Positions 1 to 8,884 of a stretch of DNA of 39,434 nucleotides are shown piece by piece. Positions within the stretch are counted from its first letter, which is position 1; each line of letters begins with the position of its first letter. The DNA comes from an uncultured Oscillospiraceae bacterium (GTDB lineage: Bacteria; Bacillota; Clostridia; Oscillospirales; Oscillospiraceae), in the NCBI GenBank assembly GCA_964421265.1, contig CAYQWH010000002.1, forward strand, positions 1 through 39,434, written 5' to 3'. The translations under genes were made by a program, and so were the position numbers. Below the pieces are notes generated by a model. It was not told where the DNA came from, ran no database searches, and worked only from the letters and a program-made list of their open reading frames with translations.

Positions 1-704
1 TATTCGATTTCATCCGAGGCGTCCGGCCCATGGATATTGTGCTGGCGCACATAGTCCATCAGATGCTTAAACGTCACATTATAGGAGACGTATCCGTGGT
101 TATTCGGGTCGTCAATCTCCACCTTTTTCGCTATACACGGGCTGATAAACGCCAGCTTATCCGTTAGCTTCATGTACTTTCGTACATATATCGCCGCGCA
201 CATCATCGGGCTTTGTATAGGGACGAGCTTCGGGATAAGCTCCGGAATATAGCGTTCGATATAGCTGACCACCACCGGACATGGCTGTGAGATGCCGCCT
301 GTCAGATTATGTGTCGCAAAGTAGTTAACATATCCCCATGTAGTAATATCCGCGCCGAAGCTGACGCTTATAAAGCGGTTGACGCCAGCCCGCTTTAAGC
401 CGCCTAATACTTTTTTATACTCATTGGGATAGTTGGCCTGAAATGATGGGGCAATAAGGACAGATATACGTTCACCGTTGTTGAGATCCGCGAAGAAGCG
501 TTCCGTATCGTCCATATACTCTCTCGCCTGATGTTCACAGGCGTGGAGGCACGCGCCGCACTTAACGCAATTCTCTCCGTGAACCTCGATACGCTGACCG
601 CCAGTGCCGTCATCAACCGACCAGTTGGCCGATGGTACAGGACAGACTGAGATGCAGCGGTTACAACCTTGACACAGGTCGTTTGTGTAAACTAATGACT
701 TCAT
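1..704 (-). CDS. 4Fe-4S dicluster / [FeFe]-hydrogenase large-subunit-like protein, N-terminal part (gene continues past position 1)
   Basis: Absent from the ORF track because it is open to the window edge. Reverse translation from ATG (cat at 702-704) gives MKSLVYTNDLCQGCNRCISVCP...CVKCGACLHACE, which is two CxxCxxCxxxC motifs. It continues with ...GGISQPCPVVV... and ...FISPCIAKKVE (like H-cluster motif MPCxxKxxE). There is no stop codon down to position 1, and an aaagagg RBS lies just upstream. Confidence 0.65.
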   Translation of the reverse strand, partial: MKSLVYTNDLCQGCNRCISVCPVPSANWSVDDGTGGQRIEVHGENCVKCGACLHACEHQAREYMDDTERFFADLNNGERISVLIAPSFQANYPNEYKKVLGGLKRAGVNRFISVSFGADITTWGYVNYFATHNLTGGISQPCPVVVSYIERYIPELIPKLVPIQSPMMCAAIYVRKYMKLTDKLAFISPCIAKKVEIDDPNNHGYVSYNVTFKHLMDYVRQHNIHGPDASDEIE

Positions 705-736
705 ATAGGAACCTCTTTCTGATCCTGAGCCTGCAT

Positions 737-815
737 ATCGTACCTGGTGGTCCCCGGATCGTATGCTTATAAAATATTATAGAATGATATACGATTTTTG
801 TCAATAAAAATCGTA
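737..815. promoter_or_regulatory. Candidate operator: 26-bp palindrome plus ATCGTA hexamer repeats
   Basis: TACGATTTTT (790-799) and AAAAATCGTA (806-815) are perfect reverse complements around GTCAAT, so the -35 sits in the centre. Further ATCGTA hexamers lie at 737-742 and 758-763, 21 bp apart. Confidence 0.4.
776..804 (-). promoter_or_regulatory. Consensus sigma-A-type promoter for the hydrogenase-like gene
   Basis: Minus strand reads TTGACA (799-804), a 17-nt spacer, then TATAAT (776-781). The predicted TSS is near 769, giving a leader of about 65 nt to the ATG at 704. Confidence 0.6.
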
Positions 816-963
816 CAATATTCTTACTGCCGGATAAACAGATTTTTTCGTTTTTCCCGTTGAAATCAGCCCGCAAACGTGTTAAAATTGCAGATGGGAA
901 TCGTTGAAAGGTGAGCTTCCCGATTTGAACGCGGGATTACGTTCGTTTCTGATGATACTGATA

Positions 964-1067
964 CCAGATTAAAAGATATAATCCGGTATCACGCGCGCAA
1001 GCGTGCTCGTGCCGCACACAGCGCGTCACGCTGTCTCCGCAGCCCCTGATATATATATGTATAACAC
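964..1067 (-). repeat. Intergenic mosaic repeat, copy R (inverted relative to copies A/B/C)
   Basis: The reverse complement of 992-1017 matches 15634-15659 at 23/26 positions. The reverse complement of 964-980 (TATATCTTTTAATCTGG) matches 2991-3007 at 15/17. TTATACATATA is shared with 26079-26089. Confidence 0.5.
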
Positions 1068-1162
1068 TTATATCGGGGATCAGTATGAAGCGCGGCAGCA
1101 CAATCTGACGGACACGTATAGATTATCTTGAAACAGGCTTTGGAGAAAGGGGATGGCGCTGT

Positions 1163-1588
1163 ATGGTGACCGAGAGCGAACAGGATACGACGGCGGCAGG
1201 TGAACAGCTTGCGGCGATACTGCGTCCCGGCGACGTCCTGGCTTTCTTTGGGGAGATAGGAGCCGGTAAAACCGCTTTTATACGCGGCATCGCGAAAGGA
1301 TTGCGGCTTAACTCGCGAGTCTCAAGTCCGACGTTCACAATTGTAAACGAGTACCTGGGCGATATACCGCTCTTCCACTTCGATATGTACCGTCTGTCGT
1401 CCGCCGATGAGCTTTTCGAGATCGGTTGGGAGGACTACCTTGCGCGCGGCGGCGTGTGCTGTGTGGAGTGGAGTGAAAACGTTGACGGCGCGTTCCCCGA
1501 CAACACTATCCGTGTAATCATCGAGAAGTTGGGCGACACGCGGCGCGGCATAACCGTATCATTCCCGGACGGGAGGTCAATATGGTAA
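1163..1588 (+). CDS. tsaE: tRNA threonylcarbamoyladenosine biosynthesis ATPase TsaE
   Basis: 141 aa with the P-loop GEIGAGKT, the small YjeE-like size, and an immediately following, overlapping tsaB. Confidence 0.9.
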   Translation: MVTESEQDTTAAGEQLAAILRPGDVLAFFGEIGAGKTAFIRGIAKGLRLNSRVSSPTFTIVNEYLGDIPLFHFDMYRLSSADELFEIGWEDYLARGGVCCVEWSENVDGAFPDNTIRVIIEKLGDTRRGITVSFPDGRSIW

Positions 1589-2295
1589 CTCTTGCAATAG
1601 AATCATCAGCAAAGGCGGCGTCTGTGGCGTTGACGCGTGACCACACACTGATCGCACAGTTCTTCGAGTCCGGTACGCTTACTCACTCGCGGACGCTCCT
1701 GAAGATGGCGGAAGATATGCTCTCCGGTCTGAATATGAAGCTGCCGGAGGTGGACGTAATCGCTGTCGCCACAGGTCCCGGATCGTTTACCGGTATCCGC
1801 ATAGGCGTCGCGGCGGCGAAGGGCCTGTGCTGGGGCCTTGACAAACCCGTCTGCGGGGTATCCACCCTTGAGGCAATGGCGTACCAGCTTTCCGACCGCG
1901 AGAACTGCGTTATTTCCCCTGTCATGGACGCCAGACGTAACCAGATCTACAACGCGAAGTTCAAATCTGTTGGCGGCAAGCTCGTCCGTATTACCGACGA
2001 CCGCGCGATATCCGTCGCGCAGCTCCTCTGTGAGGCGGCGAACGACAAAACTCCATACTTTCTGGTGGGAGACGGCGCGGTTATGTGCTACAACGCGTTC
2101 GCTGGTGCCGGGCTGCCCGCCGCGCTGCCGCCGGAGCCGCTGCTGCTGCAAACCGCGTGGGGCGTGGCGAAAGCCGCAGAACGCGTGGAACCGGTCAACG
2201 CCAATGATATTACGCCGAACTACCTCCGTCTGTCTCAGGCGGAACGGGAACGGTTAGAAAAGGAAAAGAAACAAGGAGGAAATGGAAATGTCTGA
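1582..2295 (+). CDS. tsaB: tRNA threonylcarbamoyladenosine biosynthesis protein TsaB (YeaZ family)
   Basis: 237 aa with the signature LAIESS...[19 protein letters not shown]. The start overlaps the tsaE stop. Confidence 0.9.
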   Translation: MVTLAIESSAKAASVALTRDHTLIAQFFESGTLTHSRTLLKMAEDMLSGLNMKLPEVDVIAVATGPGSFTGIRIGVAAAKGLCWGLDKPVCGVSTLEAMAYQLSDRENCVISPVMDARRNQIYNAKFKSVGGKLVRITDDRAISVAQLLCEAANDKTPYFLVGDGAVMCYNAFAGAGLPAALPPEPLLLQTAWGVAKAAERVEPVNANDITPNYLRLSQAERERLEKEKKQGGNGNV

Positions 2296-2914
2296 ACTGC
2301 ACGTACTTGAGCATCCGCTTATTTATCACAAGCTGTCCATACTGCGCAATAAAAATACCGGTTTGAAGGAATTCCGCGAGATAATAGGCGAAATATCGAC
2401 GCTCATGTGCTATGAAGCCACACGGAACCTGCCCACCGAGGAAAAAGAAATCGAGACACCTATCGCGACAGCCAAAGTCCGGGAGATGACAACGCTCATC
2501 ACCGTTGTGCCGATTCTGAGAGCCGGACTGGGAATGGTTGATCCCATGCTCAAGCTCCTGCCCTCCGCGCGGGTCGGACACATCGGACTTTTCCGTGATC
2601 CCGACACCCATGAACCGATTAAATATTACTGCAAGATGCCCGAAGACATTTCCGAGTCCGATGTATTCATAGTGGATCCGATGCTCGCGACGGGTGGCTC
2701 CGCGTCGGCGGCCATAACGTTCGTTAAAGAGTTCGGCTGCAAGTCCATTACGCTTATGGATATAATCGCCGCGCCCGAAGGCATCGCGCTGGTACAGAAG
2801 GACCATCCGGATGTGGATATTTACGTCGCGGCGGTTGATGAGAAGCTGGACGATAAGGCATACATCGTTCCGGGACTCGGCGACGCCGGAGACAGGATCT
2901 TCGGCACCAAGTGA
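2288..2914 (+). CDS. upp: Uracil phosphoribosyltransferase
   Basis: Carries [26 protein letters not shown] and the PRPP motif [13 protein letters not shown] prefer the second in-frame ATG (2288), which lies 8 nt after AGGAGG (2274-2279), over the ORF-track start at 2282. Confidence 0.93.
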   Translation: MSELHVLEHPLIYHKLSILRNKNTGLKEFREIIGEISTLMCYEATRNLPTEEKEIETPIATAKVREMTTLITVVPILRAGLGMVDPMLKLLPSARVGHIGLFRDPDTHEPIKYYCKMPEDISESDVFIVDPMLATGGSASAAITFVKEFGCKSITLMDIIAAPEGIALVQKDHPDVDIYVAAVDEKLDDKAYIVPGLGDAGDRIFGTK

Positions 2915-2932
2915 GTATCCATACGAGTTCTT

Positions 2933-3007
2933 TTTAAAGAGCTTTATGTATAGCGCGGCGCGAGCGCGCAACCGCGTGCGTATCCGAAGTCATATCTTTT
3001 AATTTGG
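2933..3007 (+). repeat. Intergenic mosaic repeat, copy A
   Basis: TTTAAAGAGCTTTAT (2933-2947) is identical to 15563-15577. The segment 2957-2981 matches 15638-15662 at 22/25. The 3' end CATATCTTTTAATTTGG is shared with copy R. Confidence 0.55.
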
Positions 3008-3021
3008 AATTAGTATGAGGC

Positions 3022-3088
3022 AAAACCCGTCCCCAAGAATCGGCGCCGCCGTTCGGAAAACCCGCGTCGATTTTTGGGGACGGGCTGC
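3022..3088. terminator. Long imperfect hairpin between convergent upp and the M14 peptidase gene
   Basis: CCCGTCCCCA (3026-3035) pairs with TGGGGACGGG (3075-3084). The loop has inner pairing AATCG/CGATT. A-rich and T-rich flanks allow it to terminate in either direction. Confidence 0.4.
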
Positions 3089-3164
3089 TTTATTGGTACA
3101 GGCGTATCCGCTTTACGGCGCTCCCCGCGCCGTGACGCGCGTAATCACCCACGCGTGAAATGTT

Positions 3165-4457
3165 TTAATCTGGGGCCAGTACCAGACCCAGCGTCAGGAT
3201 ACCCTCGTTCTCAGCGTATATCGTGTCGAACTGAGACAACGGCAGCGGCGCTATGCCAACGCCCGCCTCGATGGTATATCCCGGTCTGTTGTAGGCGGAT
3301 ATGAACCAGTCCTTATACCCGGCATATGCCGAGGCCGCCGGCGTAAGCTCCAGCGTGTAACCGCTAACCGACGCGAATCGCTGTCCTATCTCCAGCGAGT
3401 TCTTCGGCATATAATCCAGATATTTCCAATATATCACCCGTCCCTGCGTGTGATATGAGAGTGTCAGGGAAAAGTTATGAGCCTGCGTGTACGAGTATAC
3501 CGCGCGACTCTCGGGTATTTCCAGCGGCGCGGCGCCCACATAATCTCTCGGCGCGGGGGAAACATATCCTTGGGCAAACTTTATATCGCGGGCCTCGCTC
3601 CATCCCGCCGGATACTGGAGGTTCGGATCCACCCCGACTATGTTCGCTTTCCAGCCGTCCGGGAACGCTATCGCCGGGTAGTTTTTCGATATGGCATACG
3701 CGTTGTCAAAATACGCCCCGGAATCGAGTTCCCCTGTCACCAGCGACACACCGTCTGGATTTACCATCGGCATAACGTGCAGCATTGCCATATTATACAA
3801 GCTCTCCGCGCTCTCTCCGAATATCGTCCCCTCAGACGCGTATGCTCTCGCTAAATTTTCCAGATATGTCATAAGCAGCGTTGAAGTTATCCACTCATTC
3901 GCGTGATGTGTCGCGTTGTAGAACACATGGTTGGAGCCGGCGCCAATATCCACCGCGTAAAGCGGTTTGCCCATCTCGCTCCTGCCCACCCGGTTGACGT
4001 GGAGAAATGGGTACCTGGCGCCCAGCCCCTCAAGGCACAGCGCAAGGTAGGTGGGCGTCGTGGCAATTTGCGGCGATACAACCGGGTATTGGCGCGGTAT
4101 TATCATCTGTGCCCCAATTGTCAGGTTCAGCGGCAGCAGCGTCGGGTTCGCTGTCTCTATAGCGCGTACCGTGGTCCCATACGCCCGCGAAAGCTTATAA
4201 AACGTGTCACCGTTTCTTATAGTATGCTTCACGTACCCGGTCAGGTACGACCTCAGCGCGTTCCATGTGCGCGGTCCCGCGACGCCATCCGCGTTCAGAG
4301 AATTTGCTCTCTGGAAATTTTTTACCGCGTTCACGGTATTTGTCCCGAATATGCCATCAGGTGAAGCTTGCAGAAATCCGGCGCGGTTCAGACCCAGTTG
4401 CAGAAGTTCAACAAATGTCCCTCTGTCGCCGTAACGGACTGTTTTAAACTCAGTCAT
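3165..4457 (-). CDS. M14-family peptidoglycan peptidase (gamma-D-glutamyl-diamino acid endopeptidase-like) with PG-binding and LysM domains
   Basis: Contains a PG_binding-like segment (GLNRAGF...DGIFGTNTVNAVKNFQ), a LysM-like segment (HTIRNGDTFYKLSRAYGTTVRAIETANP), and the zinc motif HHANEW. The start is moved to the ATG at 4457 (MTEFKT), which is preceded by AAGGAGG. The longer ORF-track start has no RBS. Confidence 0.85.
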   Translation of the reverse strand: MTEFKTVRYGDRGTFVELLQLGLNRAGFLQASPDGIFGTNTVNAVKNFQRANSLNADGVAGPRTWNALRSYLTGYVKHTIRNGDTFYKLSRAYGTTVRAIETANPTLLPLNLTIGAQMIIPRQYPVVSPQIATTPTYLALCLEGLGARYPFLHVNRVGRSEMGKPLYAVDIGAGSNHVFYNATHHANEWITSTLLMTYLENLARAYASEGTIFGESAESLYNMAMLHVMPMVNPDGVSLVTGELDSGAYFDNAYAISKNYPAIAFPDGWKANIVGVDPNLQYPAGWSEARDIKFAQGYVSPAPRDYVGAAPLEIPESRAVYSYTQAHNFSLTLSYHTQGRVIYWKYLDYMPKNSLEIGQRFASVSGYTLELTPAASAYAGYKDWFISAYNRPGYTIEAGVGIAPLPLSQFDTIYAENEGILTLGLVLAPD

Positions 4458-4667
4458 ATTTGCCTCCTTAATTTCAGGGTCATTATAGGGTATGCGCCTG
4501 TTTTTGAAAATAGACAAAAAACCGCGTTTTTTCTTTTTTCTGTCGGCGGTTCCGCGAACCTTCGCGAAATTCAAAGATGGCAAATGCTGTCAATCCCAAA
4601 TCCGATATTTATTACTATTGTCATTTTAAAAGCATCAGGAAATATTATAATACGGACGGCATTGTAA

Positions 4668-5714
4668 ATGGCGTTTACTAAAGAACACGAGGGGAGATGG
4701 GATAACTTGACAAGAAAAAGAGCAAAGCTTCACGTTGTACTGCTGCTGATACTGTTGTCCGTGGCATTGGCAAATGAAGCTTACGCCTCAGAGCTGCCAA
4801 CGGAGCTGGTTCCCATGGGCTGCGCGGTAGGCATCACCGTCAGGAGCCAGGGCGTAATAGTCGCCGAAATATCGGAGATAGAGACAACAAGCGGCAAAGT
4901 GTCGCCGGCCCGTGACGCGGGACTTATGCCGGGCGACGTAATAACCAGAGTGGCGGGACAGGACATCGCGAGCGCGGAGGATCTGATGGCGGCGCTGGAC
5001 GGCTGTGACGGCGCGGTGTCGATTCAGTTCACGCGTGACGGCGAGGCGCGCCAGGTGGATATCGCGCCGTGGTCGGACGGTGAACGGAGTTTTCTTGGCA
5101 TATGGATAAAGGATGGCGTAACCGGTATAGGCACTATGACATTCTACGATCCCGCGACCGACTTCTTCGGCGCGCTGGGGCACCCGATCAGTGACAGCGA
5201 GACGGGTCTGATTATTCCTGTCGGCGAGGGGAAGATATTGAGCGCGGACATCACAGGTGTAACTCCCGGCAGCCCGGGAGCACCCGGTAGATTAGGCGGC
5301 GTTTTTGAAGCAAATGGCGCGATAGGCAATATTGAAAAGAACTGTGTTGTGGGAATTTTCGGCACAGTGGATGAAAATTTCACCTGCGACACGGCAAACT
5401 CAGTAGAGGTAGCTCCGGAGGACGATATAAGAGTTGGCGGCGCGACGATACTCTCCGCCGCCAGCGGCGAGGTCAGAGAGTATGACATTGAAATAGCGCG
5501 TCTCTACAGAGATAACGACGACGGCAGAGGCATGATGATAAAAATAGTTGACGACGAACTGCTGTCGCTTACAGGCGGCATAGTACAGGGCATGAGCGGC
5601 AGCCCGATTTTACAGGACGGTAAGCTTATTGGCGCGGTAACACACGTTCTGATTAACGACCCATCCAAAGGCTACGCCGTGTCTATTGAAGATATGCTCT
5701 CGGCGCTCCGGTGA
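4668..5714 (+). CDS. spoIVB: Stage IV sporulation serine peptidase SpoIVB (S55)
   Basis: Shows a PDZ-like GLMPGDVITRVAG and the catalytic region GALGHPISD ... IVQGMSGSPIL. The start is uncertain. The ATG at 4668 lacks an RBS, while an in-frame TTG at 4707 follows GAGGGGAG and would give MTRKRAKL plus a signal-like helix. Confidence 0.85.
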   Translation: MAFTKEHEGRWDNLTRKRAKLHVVLLLILLSVALANEAYASELPTELVPMGCAVGITVRSQGVIVAEISEIETTSGKVSPARDAGLMPGDVITRVAGQDIASAEDLMAALDGCDGAVSIQFTRDGEARQVDIAPWSDGERSFLGIWIKDGVTGIGTMTFYDPATDFFGALGHPISDSETGLIIPVGEGKILSADITGVTPGSPGAPGRLGGVFEANGAIGNIEKNCVVGIFGTVDENFTCDTANSVEVAPEDDIRVGGATILSAASGEVREYDIEIARLYRDNDDGRGMMIKIVDDELLSLTGGIVQGMSGSPILQDGKLIGAVTHVLINDPSKGYAVSIEDMLSALR

Positions 5715-5804
5715 ACTGTCATGCCGCTCCCGGATTGAATGATTTATCTCAGATCGCGCGGCGGATGGAAACCATTAAAAACTGAGTTTCATGATAACTG
5801 GGAC

Positions 5805-5833
5805 TTGCATATTTGGCAATTATACGTTAATAT
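5805..5833 (+). promoter_or_regulatory. Candidate promoter for the 5903 gene
   Basis: Reads TTGCAT (5805-5810), a 17-nt spacer, then TAATAT (5828-5833). A GC hairpin (GTGGC..CCGACGC-GTG-GCGTCGG..GCCAC) lies between it and the RBS. Confidence 0.4.
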
Positions 5834-5902
5834 AAGTAGTGGCTGTCCCGACGCGTGGCGTCGGAACCGCCACTGCATTATCGTAAGGAGAAGATAACAG
5901 TC

Positions 5903-6715
5903 ATGAACACGGCACATATAAACGCCCATAAGCCTAAGCGAAGAAAAACCGCCCTTATTGTTGTAATAGCTGTAGTTCTTGTCCTGCTGCTTATTGTCGG
6001 TACCATTGCGTTACTGGTGTATAGCCGCGTTGAAAAGTTAATTGCGGGGGCCGACTTTGAACTTGTTTACCGCGTAGAAAAAACCGGTACTGAGAGCGTA
6101 GTCTACGATGTCATGGACAAGATGGAAATCACCCGTGGTACTATAAAAGGCAGAGCTGTATCAGGTGTCGCCGAAGCGGAACTTATGCCGCAGGACAGCG
6201 ACGAGTCGTTGGCGGACATTTTTGTTGACGAGGACGCGCTGCTCATCAACGTCGAGACGATATACAATTATCTGCTCGATATGCTTCTCAGTAAGCACCC
6301 GATTCTGGGCCAGCTCCCGCCGGACTGGTCCCTCGGTTCCTACATATCCCTTGACCAACTCATGGTGATTTTAGGAGCGGATGAGAGCGAAACCTCCAGC
6401 GGCGGTCTGGCGATCGCGGAACGCAAGCTGTTTGCTGACGTTGAGGACGGGCGAAGCGGGTACATATACTTCGATATTCCGGTCGAAGGGCAGGGGCTCA
6501 GCGTCGTCGCGGGGTTCTCCGTCCCGACCGCTATCAGGAAGAATGTGGCCGTACAAGTTATCGTGACACAGGAGGATCTTGGCTTCCGCGTTGTTATGAG
6601 CGGCATAGTAACCACGGTTGACGCCGACGCGCCCGACGCCCCAACATCACGCATAAGCGACGCGACAGTAGACAATATGGCTTTCCTGGTTGATATTGTC
6701 AAACGCTTCATATAA
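5903..6715 (+). CDS. Hypothetical single-pass membrane protein
   Basis: The start is moved to the ATG after AAGGAGAAG. It has a basic N-terminus (KPKRRK), one hydrophobic helix (ALIVVIAVVLVLLLIVGTIALLVY), and an acidic extracytoplasmic region. I recognise no family. Confidence 0.55.
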   Translation: MNTAHINAHKPKRRKTALIVVIAVVLVLLLIVGTIALLVYSRVEKLIAGADFELVYRVEKTGTESVVYDVMDKMEITRGTIKGRAVSGVAEAELMPQDSDESLADIFVDEDALLINVETIYNYLLDMLLSKHPILGQLPPDWSLGSYISLDQLMVILGADESETSSGGLAIAERKLFADVEDGRSGYIYFDIPVEGQGLSVVAGFSVPTAIRKNVAVQVIVTQEDLGFRVVMSGIVTTVDADAPDAPTSRISDATVDNMAFLVDIVKRFI

Positions 6716-6756
6716 GATTGCAGCAAACGACATATATAATGTCGTTTGCTGCAATC
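6716..6756. terminator. Perfect 18-bp hairpin between convergent genes
   Basis: GATTGCAGCAAACGACAT (6716-6733) pairs with ATGTCGTTTGCTGCAATC (6739-6756) around a 5-nt loop. It begins directly after the stop codon at 6713-6715. Confidence 0.6.
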
Positions 6757-6802
6757 TCAGGTTCCGCGTCATATACAGGCGTAGTGGCGCGGTATTTCAG
6801 TG

Positions 6803-7276
6803 TCATTGTAATATATGTTCCATGCCGACCTTCAGCGGCTTCAATCCCTGTGCCTCGTAAAATTTCATCGCGCTCGGGTTGCAGCTCCAGACGTTCAGCG
6901 TCACGTTATAGCACCCCAACTCCTTCGCGGTCTCCAACGCGTATCTGTAAAGCTCCGAGCCAATGTGTTCCCCGCGCCGTTTCTCGTCAACGCACAGATC
7001 GTCTATGTACAGCGTCTTGATGTCCATCATATTGCTGCTGCCTGTATGGTCCTCAAGAATACAGAACGCGTAGCCAAGCACGGTTCCGTTCCCATCCTCC
7101 GCCACAAGAGCAGGGCGCGACATATCCGTGAAAATATCCTGGAGTTCCGCGTCTGTATACTTCCTCGCGTGACCGCGGAACAGATCAGGCCGCCCGTTGT
7201 GATGCACCTCATTCACCTGAATCAGCAAGTTCCCAATCTGTGGAATGTCTCTCTGTTCAGCCCTTCGTAATATCAT
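6803..7276 (-). CDS. GNAT-family N-acetyltransferase
   Basis: Has the acetyl-CoA motif VDEKRRGEHIGSELY and a size of about 157 aa. The start is either 7276 (MILRRAEQ) or 7297, and both overlap the end of the upstream SLH gene. Confidence 0.8.
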   Translation of the reverse strand: MILRRAEQRDIPQIGNLLIQVNEVHHNGRPDLFRGHARKYTDAELQDIFTDMSRPALVAEDGNGTVLGYAFCILEDHTGSSNMMDIKTLYIDDLCVDEKRRGEHIGSELYRYALETAKELGCYNVTLNVWSCNPSAMKFYEAQGLKPLKVGMEHILQ

Positions 7277-8852
7277 AATATTCAAATACTCCTTCATATG
7301 CTTCCGCGATTCGCAGGTTCGCGTCCGCCAGACGTGAGATTATCGTCGCGGCCTCGGCGCGTGTAAGCGTGGAATATGGATAGAACTGCCAGTCATATCC
7401 CGTCAGTATCCCGGCACGATAGAGTAAATACACAGAGTCGCTATATGGCGCGTTCACCGGCACATCCAGAATTGACCCATACGCGACCTCGCGTATTTCC
7501 GGCAGCGCCTCCTCCGGAACCGCCGTGCTGCACAGCCTCGCGAACGCCTCTCGCGTTATCGGCTCGGAAAGTTCACCGTATTCCTCATAGTTCACTCCAA
7601 GCATGAGACAGTAGTCAAGGTATGGTGTATACCACGGATCTCCCGGAAGGCAGGTGAAATCCGCGTCATCACCCAGATAAATTGACAACATCCGGGCTGT
7701 CAATGTAAGCGCCTCCGCTGTCGTAATGCAGTCGTCCGGAACAAAGCAGCCGTCGCCCCGCCCTTCCATCAGGCCCAGCTCATACGTCGTGGAGACTCCG
7801 GAATAAAACCAGTTCTCTTCCGTCACGTCGGCAAAAATCCCCTCGTAGGACTGCACCAGCGTAAAATTACCCACAAGCCGGTGCTCAGCGGATTTGTCCT
7901 CTTCCACGTCCGCTTCGCTCTCCGCCGCGTCGGTTCCATTCTCCACGTCCTCATGGCTCCACTCTTCGCGCTCTCCTTCCGGCAAGCCGCCGTTATTGGG
8001 AACCGCCGAATCCGTTATCTCCTCCGCGTCCTCGTCCCCCGACGGCTCGTCCGACAGCGGCGCCGTGCCGTCCGTATTGTCCAACTCGTCCCAGCCTTCC
8101 GCTGGACGCTCCGTGGAAGATGTGTCGTCGTACTCCACTTCAACGCTGAATTCCACCGTCTTCAGGTACTCGTAATAGCTCTCCTCCGGTTGGACGATGA
8201 AGCTGAGCACTCTGTCGCGCTGGTAGAGAAGCACGCTGTTGAACTCCGACCATGCGCAGCTGCTCACGCGCACGATACCGGCGCTGTTGCCGTTGCCGGA
8301 GAGGAACGTCACGCCGTCCTCGTCGTAGCTCAATATGATTACGGAATGGCCGTAATCTCCGCTGAAGGAGCCGTCTTTATTAGTCGTTGTCCTCAGAAGC
8401 GCGCCGACGCGCACACCCGCCTCGGAGAACAGCTCATACGTCAGCTGCGAATTGCCGGAGAGGAGCGTCTCCGAATGGTCCCATGTGTCCGACCAGCCGC
8501 GTCCCGGCACGTCGCCAAAGAGCGTCGCGTAGACGGCATTGGCATATATGTAACAGGAATATCCGGCGCAGACGGTTCCGCTGTCGTGTTCCATTGTGTA
8601 AAACAGCGCGCCCGGTTTTACGGGTGAAGTGCCCAGCGCCGCGGATACCCTCCTCGTGCAGTCGGAGTCATAGAAAAGCTCCAGGTTCCCCGCGAATATC
8701 TCATCCAGCGTCCCGGCGATAAAAGGAATATCTGTATATTCCCATCCGGATATATCGTCGCAGTCCAGCGTGTACTCCCATTGGGCAGACGCTGTAACGG
8801 TCAGTCCGCTCATCAGCGTCAGCACCAGCAGGACGGAGAAGATTTTTTTCAT
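7257..8852 (-). CDS. Secreted SLH-domain cell-wall protein with an N-terminal Cys/His (papain- or NlpC-like) domain
   Basis: Signal peptide MKKIFSVLLVLTLMSGLTVTASA. The N-domain has VCAGYSCYIYANAVY and GHSVIIL. An acidic linker (DEPSGDEDAEE...) follows. The C-terminal SLH-like repeats include FADVTEENWFYSGV..., PWYTPYLDY... and ...YLLYRAGILTGY. Confidence 0.7.
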   Translation of the reverse strand: MKKIFSVLLVLTLMSGLTVTASAQWEYTLDCDDISGWEYTDIPFIAGTLDEIFAGNLELFYDSDCTRRVSAALGTSPVKPGALFYTMEHDSGTVCAGYSCYIYANAVYATLFGDVPGRGWSDTWDHSETLLSGNSQLTYELFSEAGVRVGALLRTTTNKDGSFSGDYGHSVIILSYDEDGVTFLSGNGNSAGIVRVSSCAWSEFNSVLLYQRDRVLSFIVQPEESYYEYLKTVEFSVEVEYDDTSSTERPAEGWDELDNTDGTAPLSDEPSGDEDAEEITDSAVPNNGGLPEGEREEWSHEDVENGTDAAESEADVEEDKSAEHRLVGNFTLVQSYEGIFADVTEENWFYSGVSTTYELGLMEGRGDGCFVPDDCITTAEALTLTARMLSIYLGDDADFTCLPGDPWYTPYLDYCLMLGVNYEEYGELSEPITREAFARLCSTAVPEEALPEIREVAYGSILDVPVNAPYSDSVYLLYRAGILTGYDWQFYPYSTLTRAEAATIISRLADANLRIAEAYEGVFEYYDITKG

Positions 8853-8884
8853 TATAAACTGCTCCTTTGTGCAAAATCTTCTCT

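Noticed and set aside
4458-4583. N-terminal 42-aa extension of the M14 peptidase ORF.
   Set aside because: The internal ATG at 4457 is preceded by AAGGAGG at ideal spacing. The extension is basic, low-complexity sequence encoded by the A/T-rich promoter region.
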